A stretch of DNA of 64,000 bases from contig JANLPX010000087.1 in assembly GCA_031367485.1 (NCBI GenBank), positions 3,477-67,476 on the forward strand. Reading direction: 5' to 3'. Positions 48,793-58,318 of this stretch are shown here, in pieces. A model generated the notes under the pieces. It ran no database searches, had not been told where the DNA came from, and saw nothing but the letters and a program-made list of their open reading frames with translations. The DNA is from Alphaproteobacteria bacterium (lineage in GTDB: Bacteria > Pseudomonadota > Alphaproteobacteria > Caulobacterales > Caulobacteraceae). The position numbers and the translations under genes are program-made. Positions within the stretch are counted from its first letter, which is position 1. The number at the start of each line of letters is the position of its first letter.

Positions 48793-50004
48793 ATGACCGA
48801 CACCGCCGCCAGAGGCCCGCTTACCGACCTGAAGGTCATTGAAATGGGCACCCTCATCGCTGGGCCGTTCTGCGGCCAGATCTTGGGTGACTTCGGCGCC
48901 GACGTGGTCAAGATCGAGGACCCCAAAGGCGGTGACCCGATGCGGCAATGGGGACGGTCTCTACCTAAAGGTCTGTCGCCCTGGTGGCCAGTAATCGGAC
49001 GTAACAAGCGCTCCTTGGCGCTCGACCTTAGAACGCCAGAAGGCCGCAAGATTGCGCAAACTCTGATCGATCAGGCCGACGTACTGATTGAAAATTTTCG
49101 CCCCGGCACCATGGAGAAGTGGGGCATGGGTTACGAGACACTGAGCGCCCGCAATCCCCGGCTCATTATGGCCAGGGTTTCGGGTTTCGGCCAGACGGGA
49201 CCCTATGCAACCCGCGCCGGATACGGCCTGATCGGCGAGGCTATGGGCGGGCTGCGTCATGTGACCGGCGAGCCCGATCGGCCCCCTGCCCGGGCCGGTA
49301 TCTCTATCGGCGACAGCCTGACCGCCATGCATGCGGTGATGGGAATCACCATGGCGCTGCACCACCGCGCCAATACCGGCCGAGGCCAAATGATTGACGC
49401 GGCCCTCTATGAGAGCGTGTTGGCTGTGATGGAAAACTTGGTCACCGAGTACGATCTAACTGGCTATGTACGCGAGCGGTCAGGCGCGATCTTGCCGGGC
49501 ATTGCGCCGTCCAACGTTTATCCATGCATGGGCGACGAAATGATCCTGATCGGCGGCAATGGCGACACTGTGTTCGCACGGCTGGCCGCAACCATGGGCC
49601 GAATTGATCTGGCCGCTGACCCCAAATTCGCCAGTCATGCCGCACGGGGCCAGCACCAGTCAGATCTAGACCAGATCATCGCCGCTTGGACCAAGACTTG
49701 GACCTTAGCTGATCTGCTGGCGTTTCTGGAGGAAAAGGGCATTCCGTCGGGCCGAGTGTTTCGGGCCCCGGACATGCTGGAAAACGAGCAATTTCAGGCG
49801 CGCGACGCAATCGTTGAAGTCGAACATCCGGTGTTCGGGGCCATTAAGATGCAGAACGCTTTTCCGAAACTGTCGGAGACTCCGGGCAGCGTGCGTTGGC
49901 CAGGTCCAATCCTAGGCGAGCACACAAACAAGGTATTGGCGGAGATGGGTCTGACGGAAGTTCAGATCCATGACCTGCATTCGCGCGGCATTGTCGGCGG
50001 TTAG
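48793..50004 (+). CDS. Family III (CaiB/BaiF) CoA transferase
   Basis: AGPF, GADVVKIE, RNKRS, ENFRPG, SGFGQTGP. Confidence 0.93.
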   Translation: MTDTAARGPLTDLKVIEMGTLIAGPFCGQILGDFGADVVKIEDPKGGDPMRQWGRSLPKGLSPWWPVIGRNKRSLALDLRTPEGRKIAQTLIDQADVLIENFRPGTMEKWGMGYETLSARNPRLIMARVSGFGQTGPYATRAGYGLIGEAMGGLRHVTGEPDRPPARAGISIGDSLTAMHAVMGITMALHHRANTGRGQMIDAALYESVLAVMENLVTEYDLTGYVRERSGAILPGIAPSNVYPCMGDEMILIGGNGDTVFARLAATMGRIDLAADPKFASHAARGQHQSDLDQIIAAWTKTWTLADLLAFLEEKGIPSGRVFRAPDMLENEQFQARDAIVEVEHPVFGAIKMQNAFPKLSETPGSVRWPGPILGEHTNKVLAEMGLTEVQIHDLHSRGIVGG

Positions 50005-51695
50005 CCCACCATGATCCAATCCCCTGTCAGGCTGGATTGCGAGACACCGACGAGGATCAACTGCCCGCCACCGCCCATGGTGATCACAACGTCCGCACCG
50101 ACTTGGGCCAATTGGTAAGTCGTCCCGCTATCGAGTTGTATGCGGTCGCCCTCGGCGCGATTGAAGTCAGTGACGCGGTCGATACCGGCTTCTCCAAAGC
50201 TGTGGAATGTATCCGCACCGCTACCTCCAGAGATGGTATCGTCGCCTCTATCGCCCGATATCCAATCATCCCCCGCTTGTCCGAGGAGCGTGTCATTGGC
50301 TTGGCCACCACGAATAGTGTCATTGCCTACGCCGCCGTCGCACCAGTCGCTTCCAAGATTCCCGTAAACGATATCGTCGCCGCCTTGGCCATATAGAACG
50401 TCGTCGTCCTTACCGCCTAGGACCCAGTCGTTTCCATCGCCGCCGAAGACTGTGTCATTGCCGGGATTTCCGTTTAGGTCGTCGAATCCAGACCCACCCT
50501 GGAGGGAGTCGTTTCCTTCTCCTCCACGGAGATAATTAGAGCCGCTAACGTCGGTCACGGTATCATTGCCATCACCTCCGTAGACGGTGTCATTGCCACC
50601 ACCGCCCTGGAGCTGATTGTTTAGGGCATTGCCGGTAATGCTATCAGCTCCGGATCCCCCAATTGCATTTTCAATGTCGGCACCTTTGGCGATTGCAACG
50701 TTGCCACGGTTACCCCCAACATCAGAGAAGTACCCTTGACGCAATTCGATCACTTGATTGGCCGTGTAGCCCGAGAAATCGAATGTATCGTTGCCACCTG
50801 CGTCCCAGACCGCGAATTGAGCCTTGGTGGCGTTAGACGTCAGTTCGAACCACGGACGGGCGGCGTTGGAATTAAACCCGTAGATGGTGTCTCCCGTTCG
50901 AGTCGAGGTATTGACCCCATACTCTAATTGGATCGCGGCGATGTCATCCAATAGCGGCGCGGCGGAATAGCCGGGTAGGTTGGCACCGGTATTGAAGCCA
51001 CCAAAATAGCTCATCACCGTATACTGGCGACTGTCCTCATAATATGCGGCATCAACGCTGTAGCTGAGGGTAACATCCTTTTCGGCGTTGTAGTCCGACG
51101 GATGGCCGAGCCCGATGGCGTGGCCGATCTCATGGACGATTGTCAGTCCGCCGTAGTTACCGACGCTGGGATTGGCATTGTACTCGAAGCTAGTGTTGAC
51201 CCAGACATCGCCAGCCCGAGAGGTGGAGCTTCGTGAACCCGGATAATAGGCGAAGGCCACAGCACCCTCTTCGCCCGTGTCATAGTTGCCAAACAAGATC
51301 GACGCGTCATCCGAGTAGGCACCTTCGCCAAAGGTGCCTACTCCAACGCGATTGAACGTGATGTTCGCGGCATCCGACCAGCCAGAAAGCGCCAACTCAG
51401 CTTGGTTGATCTGCAGGTCGTTGAACCGCGAGAACCCGCCAGCATCAGACGGCATGGTGGTCGGAGCATTCGCTCGAAACCCATAGGTGACAGAGGTTGC
51501 CTTACCCAGTACGCCTCCCCAACCGGCCTGATCGCCCGTGAGGCGGCTTGCGGCTTGGTCAATGGAAAGGCTGAGCTTACCGTTGTCGGCCGGGCCCAAT
51601 CTCGCATCAGCATTGAGGTAACGCTCAGGACCGGGATCGCCTGAAATCGCTGTCGGCTCCTCAGAGAAGCGGTCAAAATCGAGTTCTAGTCTCAT
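50001..51695 (-). CDS. Serralysin-like M10 metalloprotease with RTX Ca-binding repeats
   Basis: HEIGHAIGLGH, TVMSY Met-turn, many GGxGxD nonapeptides. Start about 51695. Confidence 0.92.
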   Translation of the reverse strand: MRLELDFDRFSEEPTAISGDPGPERYLNADARLGPADNGKLSLSIDQAASRLTGDQAGWGGVLGKATSVTYGFRANAPTTMPSDAGGFSRFNDLQINQAELALSGWSDAANITFNRVGVGTFGEGAYSDDASILFGNYDTGEEGAVAFAYYPGSRSSTSRAGDVWVNTSFEYNANPSVGNYGGLTIVHEIGHAIGLGHPSDYNAEKDVTLSYSVDAAYYEDSRQYTVMSYFGGFNTGANLPGYSAAPLLDDIAAIQLEYGVNTSTRTGDTIYGFNSNAARPWFELTSNATKAQFAVWDAGGNDTFDFSGYTANQVIELRQGYFSDVGGNRGNVAIAKGADIENAIGGSGADSITGNALNNQLQGGGGNDTVYGGDGNDTVTDVSGSNYLRGGEGNDSLQGGSGFDDLNGNPGNDTVFGGDGNDWVLGGKDDDVLYGQGGDDIVYGNLGSDWCDGGVGNDTIRGGQANDTLLGQAGDDWISGDRGDDTISGGSGADTFHSFGEAGIDRVTDFNRAEGDRIQLDSGTTYQLAQVGADVVITMGGGGQLILVGVSQSSLTGDWIMVG

Positions 51696-51839
51696 GGCGA
51701 CTCGACAAACTCCAGGCGCAGCAATTCTAGTCTTAGGATACACGTCACAGGCGAACAAGACTCGCTGAAATGATCAGGGCTAGCTTAATGGTCTATCGGA
51801 ACGCCGTATTGAGTCAGATTGAGGGCTAAGGAATTTTAG

Positions 51840-52322
51840 ATGCCAGATGTCAACGACCCCTTAGTGCCCGACGATGCCTGGCGACAATCTGGTGTTCGCG
51901 TGATTGCGGCGAACCAGCTGGACGACAATACGCCCCAGACTCCCGGGATGAGCCGAGCGGCTGCAATCAATTTCGCACGGGTTGGCGCACAAAAGCTGTG
52001 GGCGGGTACGGTCCATATCCATGCCGGAGCCAAGACAGGTGCCCATCATCACGGCCCATTGGAGAGCGTTATTTACGTGATCAAGGGGCGCGCGCGAATG
52101 CGTTGGGGGGAGGCCCTGGAGTTTGTGGCAGAGGCCGGACCCGGCGACTTTATCTACGTCCCGCCATATGTCCCGCATCAAGAGATCAATGCCTCTAGTG
52201 ACGAGGCTCTCGAGTGCGTACTTGTGCGGAGTGACAGCGATGCCATCGCGGTCAATCTAGACATCGAGCCGGTGGAGAAGCCCGAGGGGATCGCCTGGAT
52301 CGATCCTACCCACAAGGCCTAG
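51840..52322 (+). CDS. Cupin-domain protein
   Basis: TGAHHHG..E, GPGDFIYVPPYVPHQE. Confidence 0.88.
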   Translation: MPDVNDPLVPDDAWRQSGVRVIAANQLDDNTPQTPGMSRAAAINFARVGAQKLWAGTVHIHAGAKTGAHHHGPLESVIYVIKGRARMRWGEALEFVAEAGPGDFIYVPPYVPHQEINASSDEALECVLVRSDSDAIAVNLDIEPVEKPEGIAWIDPTHKA

Positions 52323-52330
52323 GCGCTCGT

Positions 52331-53179
52331 CTAATTCGGCAGTAGCCCCAGGCGTCCACCTAACATCCGGTCGACCATCCGCCTCGGCAAATTAGCCATC
52401 ATGAAGGTTTGCAGGGGATCGGGAGCGATCGTATAGCGAACCTTGGGTCTCGCAGTCGTCAACGCATTAAGAACGGCCTGGCCCAATAGTTCCGGCTTCA
52501 GACCCTTCGCACCTTGGCCTGTCATATAGGCATGGACCTTTTGCAGAGCCGGGTAGAATGGCGTGTCTTTATAACGTTCAACATCCTCCGCCGGGGCCTT
52601 ACCCCAAATCTCGGTAGCCACTGCCCCCGGCGCAACGATGATGACGTCGACGCCCACGACGAGCAGCTCACGACGAAGGGCCTCAGATAACCCTTCGATG
52701 GCGAATTTCGTGGCATTGTAGGGAGCCAGAAATGGCACTCCGTTTTTGCCGCCGATTGAACTGATATTGATAATCCGGCCGGGGGAACCTTTGCGCTGTG
52801 CGCCCTCATAAAGTAGGGGAGCAAAGGCCTGGGTCGTGATGATCACGCCGGTCAGGTTAACCTCGATTTGGTGACGCACGTCTGCGATTGGCAGATTCAG
52901 AAGCGGCCCCGCCACGGAGACCCCGGCATTATTTACGAGTCCGGCGAGGGTTTCGCCTGCCAACGCGTCTGACACCTGCACTGATGCAGCCTGCACGGCC
53001 TTCTCGTCAGTCACATCAAACAGCAGGGGAACGAACCGGTCGCCAAATTCTTGACCCAGACGATCGGCGTCGGCCTTTTTGCGCACACTACCGAAGACCC
53101 GAAATCCCTGCGCAATGAGGACCTTGGTAACGCCCCAGCCAATACCGGTGGAAACACCCGTCACAACGACGCTTTTCAT
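52331..53179 (-). CDS. SDR oxidoreductase
   Basis: TGVSTGIG, LVNNAG, YNATK. Confidence 0.9.
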   Translation of the reverse strand: MKSVVVTGVSTGIGWGVTKVLIAQGFRVFGSVRKKADADRLGQEFGDRFVPLLFDVTDEKAVQAASVQVSDALAGETLAGLVNNAGVSVAGPLLNLPIADVRHQIEVNLTGVIITTQAFAPLLYEGAQRKGSPGRIINISSIGGKNGVPFLAPYNATKFAIEGLSEALRRELLVVGVDVIIVAPGAVATEIWGKAPAEDVERYKDTPFYPALQKVHAYMTGQGAKGLKPELLGQAVLNALTTARPKVRYTIAPDPLQTFMMANLPRRMVDRMLGGRLGLLPN

Positions 53180-54147
53180 GTCCGAAGTCCCAATTGATCA
53201 ATTTGTTCGACCTGGATTGCGTCGAGCGGTCCAGCAGCTTCTGCGCCTAAGGCTTGGTGAAGTTCTTCACGATTTTTCACGCCCAGAACAAGGGTCGCGA
53301 CACCCTCCATTCCCAAGGCATAACGATGCGCGATCACGGCTGGATCTTCGCCCCACACCGCGCAAAGCGTGCGAAACGGCGCGGCACGCTCGAAGTCTTT
53401 GGTTTCCGGATGATTGGGTGAGGTGCTGCGATCTAAAGCTGATGTCAGAGCGCCAGCCTGCACCGCGCGTATGCCCATGACGCCGGCGCCTCTGTTGACA
53501 GCCTTGGCGAGGATGGTCCGTGGCTCTGCCGGCTCAGCAAATTGGCGAATTCCGCCAGCCGAATCCAATAGGTTAGTGATCACCTGGACGACTTCAGGTT
53601 TTTCAGGAAGATCCAGCGCTGCAAGAACACTGGCCGGAACGCCGATGCCCGTGATCCCCCACGCCCCGATGCGGCCTTGAGCCTTTAGCCGCTCGAATGT
53701 GGGAATGACCTCATCAACATAGGTTGACCATTTGGTTGAAAACCTGTCGCGCCGCTCGTCACCTCGCGCATAGGCATAGTTGTCTGGTGCCAAGCTTGAG
53801 TGGAGGAAGAACACATCAAAGCGTGAGAGACGCATTGCCGCTAGACTGGCTGTCAGTGAAGCCTCGAGAATCTCAGCCGCTCGTCCGCGCCCCGGCGTGC
53901 CGAGTTGACATTTTGTTGTGGTCTTCACATGCGATGGCAGCATGCCTTGAAATGTTTCGCCGAAAATCGCTTCGCAGTTCAGGTACATTGGTGCCGTGTC
54001 GATCAGGTTGATCCCCGCATCGACCGCAGATCTAAGAGTTGCTATGGACTCATCGCGGGTTGTCTCCCCCCAACCCTGTCCTATGCCGCCGCCGCCCAGA
54101 GCCAGCCGACCGACCGATCCCATGTTTCCCAGCGTAGAGGTCTTCAC
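53176..54147 (-). CDS. Aldo/keto reductase
   Basis: GINLIDTAPMY, TKC, FFLH, GRIGAWG. Confidence 0.85.
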   Translation of the reverse strand: MKTSTLGNMGSVGRLALGGGGIGQGWGETTRDESIATLRSAVDAGINLIDTAPMYLNCEAIFGETFQGMLPSHVKTTTKCQLGTPGRGRAAEILEASLTASLAAMRLSRFDVFFLHSSLAPDNYAYARGDERRDRFSTKWSTYVDEVIPTFERLKAQGRIGAWGITGIGVPASVLAALDLPEKPEVVQVITNLLDSAGGIRQFAEPAEPRTILAKAVNRGAGVMGIRAVQAGALTSALDRSTSPNHPETKDFERAAPFRTLCAVWGEDPAVIAHRYALGMEGVATLVLGVKNREELHQALGAEAAGPLDAIQVEQIDQLGLRT

Positions 54148-54170
54148 GAAAGCTCACCCCGTCTAATTAA

Positions 54171-54199
54171 TCCGATCATCGGAATATCCGCCATTCGGA
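54171..54199. promoter_or_regulatory. Tandem palindromic operators (putative MarR sites)
   Basis: TCCG-atcat-CGGA (54171-54183) and TCCG-ccatt-CGGA (54187-54199), next to a minus-strand TTGACA at 54205-54210. Confidence 0.55.
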
Positions 54200-54248
54200 A
54201 TTTCTGTCAAGACGACAACAGCGTAAGCGGCAGCTAGACTGGGAATCG

Positions 54249-54698
54249 ATGACAGAGCAAACACTCGTGAATGATGACCAAGCCGCTGACTTGGCGGCCG
54301 CAGTGACTAATTTGCTGCGTAGGTTCAAACTTGAGCCAGGGCTGCTGGCCGGCAGTTCCTATACCGGTTTGCACGCCAACGACGTGGGATTGCTGTCAGT
54401 CTTGAGCCAGGCTGACGCCTGGACAGTCCGCGCGCTCGCTCAATCTCTAATGGCTCCCGACTCCACAGTGTCATCAGCTTTGGATCGATTGGAAGGTCGC
54501 GAATTGGTAGCTCGGTCCCGCAGCGAGACGGATCGTCGCGTCGTCCGCGTAGAGCTCACACCGGAAGGACGGGCTCTATCGGCGCGCCTCCGATCGGCGC
54601 AGATCGAAAACTCTCGGGACATGCTCTCGCTTCTCTCGACCCGCGACAGGAGCGAACTAGTTAGGCTCATCACCACTGTCGCTCAACGGAGACCCTGA
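54249..54698 (+). CDS. MarR-family regulator
   Basis: STVS..LDRLE...LV.R....DRR....LT.EG winged helix. Confidence 0.9.
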   Translation: MTEQTLVNDDQAADLAAAVTNLLRRFKLEPGLLAGSSYTGLHANDVGLLSVLSQADAWTVRALAQSLMAPDSTVSSALDRLEGRELVARSRSETDRRVVRVELTPEGRALSARLRSAQIENSRDMLSLLSTRDRSELVRLITTVAQRRP

Positions 54699-55495
54699 TG
54701 CCCACAGCGAATATCAACGGGTTGAACCTCCACTACGAACGCGCTGGCAGCGGCGAGCAGTTGCTGTTCATTTCAGGGACCGGAGCCGATCTGCGCAACA
54801 AGCCCAATCAGTTTGACGGTCCACTGGGCAAGTCGTTCGATATGTTGTCCTACGATCAGCGCGGCCTGGGCCGGAGCGACAAGCCGGACTGGGCCTACTC
54901 TATGGCAGATTATGCCGATGACGCCGCGGCTCTGATCGCTCATCAGAATTGGGAAAATGCCTTAGTCATCGGCGTATCTTTTGGCGGCATGGTCGCTCAA
55001 GAATTGGCCCTTCGACACCCTAATCGTGTGAAAAGACTGGTTTTGGCCTGCACCTCGCCGGGTGGGGCCGGGGGCACATCTTTCCCGTTCCATGAGATCG
55101 GGAATCTGGCGGGTGAGGTAAGGGCAAAGTATCTCATGCCAATTTCCGACACCCGGCGTGATGCGGCCTGGGCTCGAGATAATCCACAGACCTATGCTGA
55201 TCTCTTGGCGCTATCTTCGACCGATCCTTATGCGGGTGATCCCGGACGCGCAGAAGGTGCAAAGCGCCAATTGGCAGCCAGGGCAAAGCACGACGTTTGG
55301 GCTCGTTTGTCCAGCCTGAAAGTGCCGACAATGATTGCGGCAGGCAAGTATGATGGCATCGCAACCCCGCAGACTCAGCTGAGTTTAGCGATGCGTATTC
55401 CAGGTTCCGTCCTTCGGTTTTTCGAGGGTGGCCACTTATTCATGTTGCAGGATAAATCTGCAAACCCGGCGATCATCGAATTCTTGAAATCCTAA
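54698..55495 (+). CDS. Alpha/beta hydrolase
   Basis: DQRGLG, GVSFGG nucleophile elbow, GKYD, GGH. Confidence 0.9.
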   Translation: MPTANINGLNLHYERAGSGEQLLFISGTGADLRNKPNQFDGPLGKSFDMLSYDQRGLGRSDKPDWAYSMADYADDAAALIAHQNWENALVIGVSFGGMVAQELALRHPNRVKRLVLACTSPGGAGGTSFPFHEIGNLAGEVRAKYLMPISDTRRDAAWARDNPQTYADLLALSSTDPYAGDPGRAEGAKRQLAARAKHDVWARLSSLKVPTMIAAGKYDGIATPQTQLSLAMRIPGSVLRFFEGGHLFMLQDKSANPAIIEFLKS

Positions 55496-55508
55496 GGTCG
55501 ACAATCGT

Positions 55509-56930
55509 TCATGCCCGGGCGAGCAAGGCTGCCACCGCAGACACCACTTGGCTTACATCATAGGGCTTACGAACGACCGGCGCATCGAACCCGCTGGGGG
55601 CACCACCCGCTTCACCATAGCCGGTAGCGAAAACAAATGGGATCCCCGCATCGGCCAAGGCCTGCGCAACAGGTGTCACGGCGCGGCCATTGAGATTGGC
55701 ATCTAGGACAGCAACATCAATCGGTTGATCCAATAGTCCAATCGCCTCTTCTAGCTCATAGGCTGGGCCGATCACGACTGCACCCGCCTCTGCGAGCCCC
55801 GTTTCCAATTCAAGGGCTAAGAGTACGGCGTCTTCGACGATCAGCACGCGCACTCCTCGAAGATCAGAAGATCCCGCGACAACTGGGACCGCCTCTATCG
55901 GCCCCTCCCGCCGCGAGTTCGTCGGTGGCTCAAGGCGCTCGACCATGGCTGCGGCTGCCGCCCGAAGTTGAACGCGAACACCAGATGCGCGAAATTCGAC
56001 TTCCACGTCACCATTGAGCTCACGCCCGGTAACTTGCCTCAGAAGTGTTGACCCAAAGCCAAGCCGTGGTGGCACCGTCACAGCGGGGCCACCAAGCTCA
56101 GACCAGATCAGGCTAAAACCACCATCAGGCTCCATGGCCCAACTGAGGCTCACTCGCCCTGTTTCCGTTGAGAGTGCCCCGAACTTCAGCGCGTTTGTTG
56201 CGAGTTCATGCAGAGCCAGAGAAAGCGCATTGGCCGCACGGGGCGTTAGGAATAGGTCTGGCCCCTCCCATTTGGTCTGTCCTGGCGCAATTCCGCTCAA
56301 TTCCGCTTCGGCCAGTTGAGCGATCGCGGCCCCCCGCCAACGCGCAGCCGTCAGTAACTCATTTGCCGATGCCATAGCCTTGAGGCGACCAGAGAAGGTC
56401 GACAGGAAGTTACTCATCGACGTTGTGCGTTTGGCGGTCTGTTGGGCCAACGCTTGCACGGCGGCCAAGACATTTTTGACCCGGTGGTCGAGTTCCGACA
56501 TCAGGGTGATGCGTTGCTCTTCGGCGGCACGGCGCGCTGAGATATCTCGGATCAATCCACAGACGGCAACGCGACGTCCTTGGGAGTCGTAAGCTACGAT
56601 CCCTGTCGCTCGGACCCAGATGACCCTTCCATCGTCCGGCCGCAAAATACGATAGTCAATGTCGTAACGGCCATTGGCATCTAGGGCATGCTCGATGGCC
56701 TGCCGCGCTGCTGCGCGATCCTCGGGATGAATGATTTCCCACAAGTGGTCAGGGTCCAGTGTCGAGTATGCACCAGCGGTCATTCCGGTGACCTCTTGCA
56801 TGCGCGGACTCACGCGAAAGAGGTTTAAGTCAAAATCCCACTCATACTCGCCAAGCCGTGAAGCCTCTAGAGCAAGGTCCAACCGCCCACGGTCGAGAAC
56901 AAGACTGGAAAGGTCCGCAGCCATAGCCAA
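55509..56930 (-). CDS. Cytoplasmic PAS-HWE histidine kinase with C-terminal receiver domain
   Basis: PAS (IHPED), ELDHRVKN, HELATNALKFGALS, WSELGGP, GFG, receiver VED...LD...KP. Confidence 0.9.
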   Translation of the reverse strand: MAMAADLSSLVLDRGRLDLALEASRLGEYEWDFDLNLFRVSPRMQEVTGMTAGAYSTLDPDHLWEIIHPEDRAAARQAIEHALDANGRYDIDYRILRPDDGRVIWVRATGIVAYDSQGRRVAVCGLIRDISARRAAEEQRITLMSELDHRVKNVLAAVQALAQQTAKRTTSMSNFLSTFSGRLKAMASANELLTAARWRGAAIAQLAEAELSGIAPGQTKWEGPDLFLTPRAANALSLALHELATNALKFGALSTETGRVSLSWAMEPDGGFSLIWSELGGPAVTVPPRLGFGSTLLRQVTGRELNGDVEVEFRASGVRVQLRAAAAAMVERLEPPTNSRREGPIEAVPVVAGSSDLRGVRVLIVEDAVLLALELETGLAEAGAVVIGPAYELEEAIGLLDQPIDVAVLDANLNGRAVTPVAQALADAGIPFVFATGYGEAGGAPSGFDAPVVRKPYDVSQVVSAVAALLARA

Positions 56931-56946
56931 AGCATAGTCCCGCTTG

Positions 56947-56971
56947 GGAACGGACGCGATAGAAACCCGTG
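56947..56971 (+). promoter_or_regulatory. Possible SigT promoter of the DUF883 operon
   Basis: GGAAC-N16-CGTG (one mismatch). Confidence 0.4.
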
Positions 56972-57075
56972 AAATCAGCAGGTTTTGTTTTACGACTTTA
57001 CCGACTGACTTTTCTGCATCCTTAGAACGAGATAGACGTTAGGGGGAGGAAGCAAAGCAAGCCTGCCCTATTTCA

Positions 57076-57405
57076 ATGCCACGGAGTTCAGATATGCCCG
57101 CCAAAACCATCAACCTCACCGAGGACCAAGCCAAAGTGGCGTCTAAAGCTGTTTCTGAAGCGGCGGCTCAGGTCGAGCACCGATTCACTGATGCGGCCAA
57201 GCGGTTTGAGAAGGTGGTTTCCGAGGGCATCGAACAAATCCGCGCTCAGTCTCAAACATATGCAGACACGACGGTCGAGCATCTCGACGAAGCACAGCGA
57301 TATGTTTCCCAGCGCGTCCGCGAGAAGCCATTGATGGCGGCAGGTACGGCTTTGGGCGTTGGCCTGCTATTGGGCCTCTTGCTTGCTGGAGGCCGCAACC
57401 GTTGA
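57076..57405 (+). CDS. ElaB/YqjD/DUF883-family tail-anchored protein
   Basis: C-terminal VREKPL.A...ALGVGLLLGLLL..R. Confidence 0.85.
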   Translation: MPRSSDMPAKTINLTEDQAKVASKAVSEAAAQVEHRFTDAAKRFEKVVSEGIEQIRAQSQTYADTTVEHLDEAQRYVSQRVREKPLMAAGTALGVGLLLGLLLAGGRNR

Positions 57406-57794
57406 TTTTGCGGCGCGCCATTCTTCTGGCCTGCGGGGTTACAGGACTAGCGGCAGCAGCCGGCGTGGCGGTGATCGCATTAGCATTTGCGCTCTATGCT
57501 GCCTTGTTGCCTCTTCTTGGCCCCGCACTTGCCGCAGCAGGCGTTGCGGGCTCTTGCGTGTTGATCATACTGCTTGGGGGGATGACGGCTCTCTTTGTGG
57601 CCAACCCTAAACGCGGCAACATCAAAGCCGAAAATACAGACCTAGCTTCGAGACTATTCGGCTTGGCTAGCGACAAGCCGTTGATTGCGGTAGCAGCAAT
57701 TCTGGTCGTGGGCTTTCTTGCGACCCGAAATCCCAAGATTACGGCGGGTTTGATTGGCGCTCTAATGGCTGGATTGACGCCCAAAAAGCGCTAG
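57402..57794 (+). CDS. Small membrane protein coupled to the DUF883 gene
   Basis: Overlapping start; several hydrophobic helices. Confidence 0.7.
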   Translation: MILRRAILLACGVTGLAAAAGVAVIALAFALYAALLPLLGPALAAAGVAGSCVLIILLGGMTALFVANPKRGNIKAENTDLASRLFGLASDKPLIAVAAILVVGFLATRNPKITAGLIGALMAGLTPKKR

Positions 57795-57799
57795 GTCCG

Positions 57800-57905
57800 G
57801 TTCAGTGATCGCCCGCACTGCGAAAATCTGAAGGTGGGGGGTGCGGAGACGACTGACCAGCGGGGCTGCCGGTCTTAGCTTCGGGGGGCGTTGTCGCCTC
57901 CGCAG
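57800..57905 (-). ncRNA. gsrN: Probable GsrN general-stress sRNA
   Basis: Lies downstream of a consensus SigT promoter; UGCGGAGGCGAC/GUCGUCUCCGCA stem enclosing C-rich loops; beside the phyR locus. Ends approximate. Confidence 0.65.
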
Positions 57906-57911
57906 TGAAAG

Positions 57912-57936
57912 AACGCAGACCCAGAAAGTCGGTTCC
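57912..57936 (-). promoter_or_regulatory. SigT/EcfG promoter (sRNA)
   Basis: GGAAC-N16-CGTT on the minus strand. Confidence 0.8.
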
Positions 57937-57950
57937 CGCATTAAGCGAAT

Positions 57951-58277
57951 TTAGCGTTCGGCTGGGTCCAGTTCCACTGCTGGCATGGCGTCAAACTCGG
58001 CCCGCGTCAAAGGTGCCACAAACCCGTCCGAAGTTTGGTCAAGAGAGGCGAATGCTAGGCTATGCGGTCCGGAGGCTTTCTTACCCTTCGGACGCACCAA
58101 AACCTGAGCTGGACGGCCCTTGGAATTGAGCACAACTTTCTCGACGACCCCGAGGAGAGCCCCGTCAGCACCCAGAACAGGGCGACCCTCCATTTGCTCA
58201 GAGAACGGTTGGGCCGCAGCAAGCGGGCTTACCGCCATTACGATTATAATCGAGAGAAGTATCGAGACCTTGCTCAT
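57951..58277 (-). CDS. Exported PRC-barrel domain protein
   Basis: Signal peptide from ATG 58277; G..V...DG..LG.V..V PRC pattern. Confidence 0.7.
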   Translation of the reverse strand: MSKVSILLSIIIVMAVSPLAAAQPFSEQMEGRPVLGADGALLGVVEKVVLNSKGRPAQVLVRPKGKKASGPHSLAFASLDQTSDGFVAPLTRAEFDAMPAVELDPAER

Positions 58278-58318
58278 GACCCTTATATGGGGGTGGTACG
58301 TCTCAGTTGCCAATCCTA

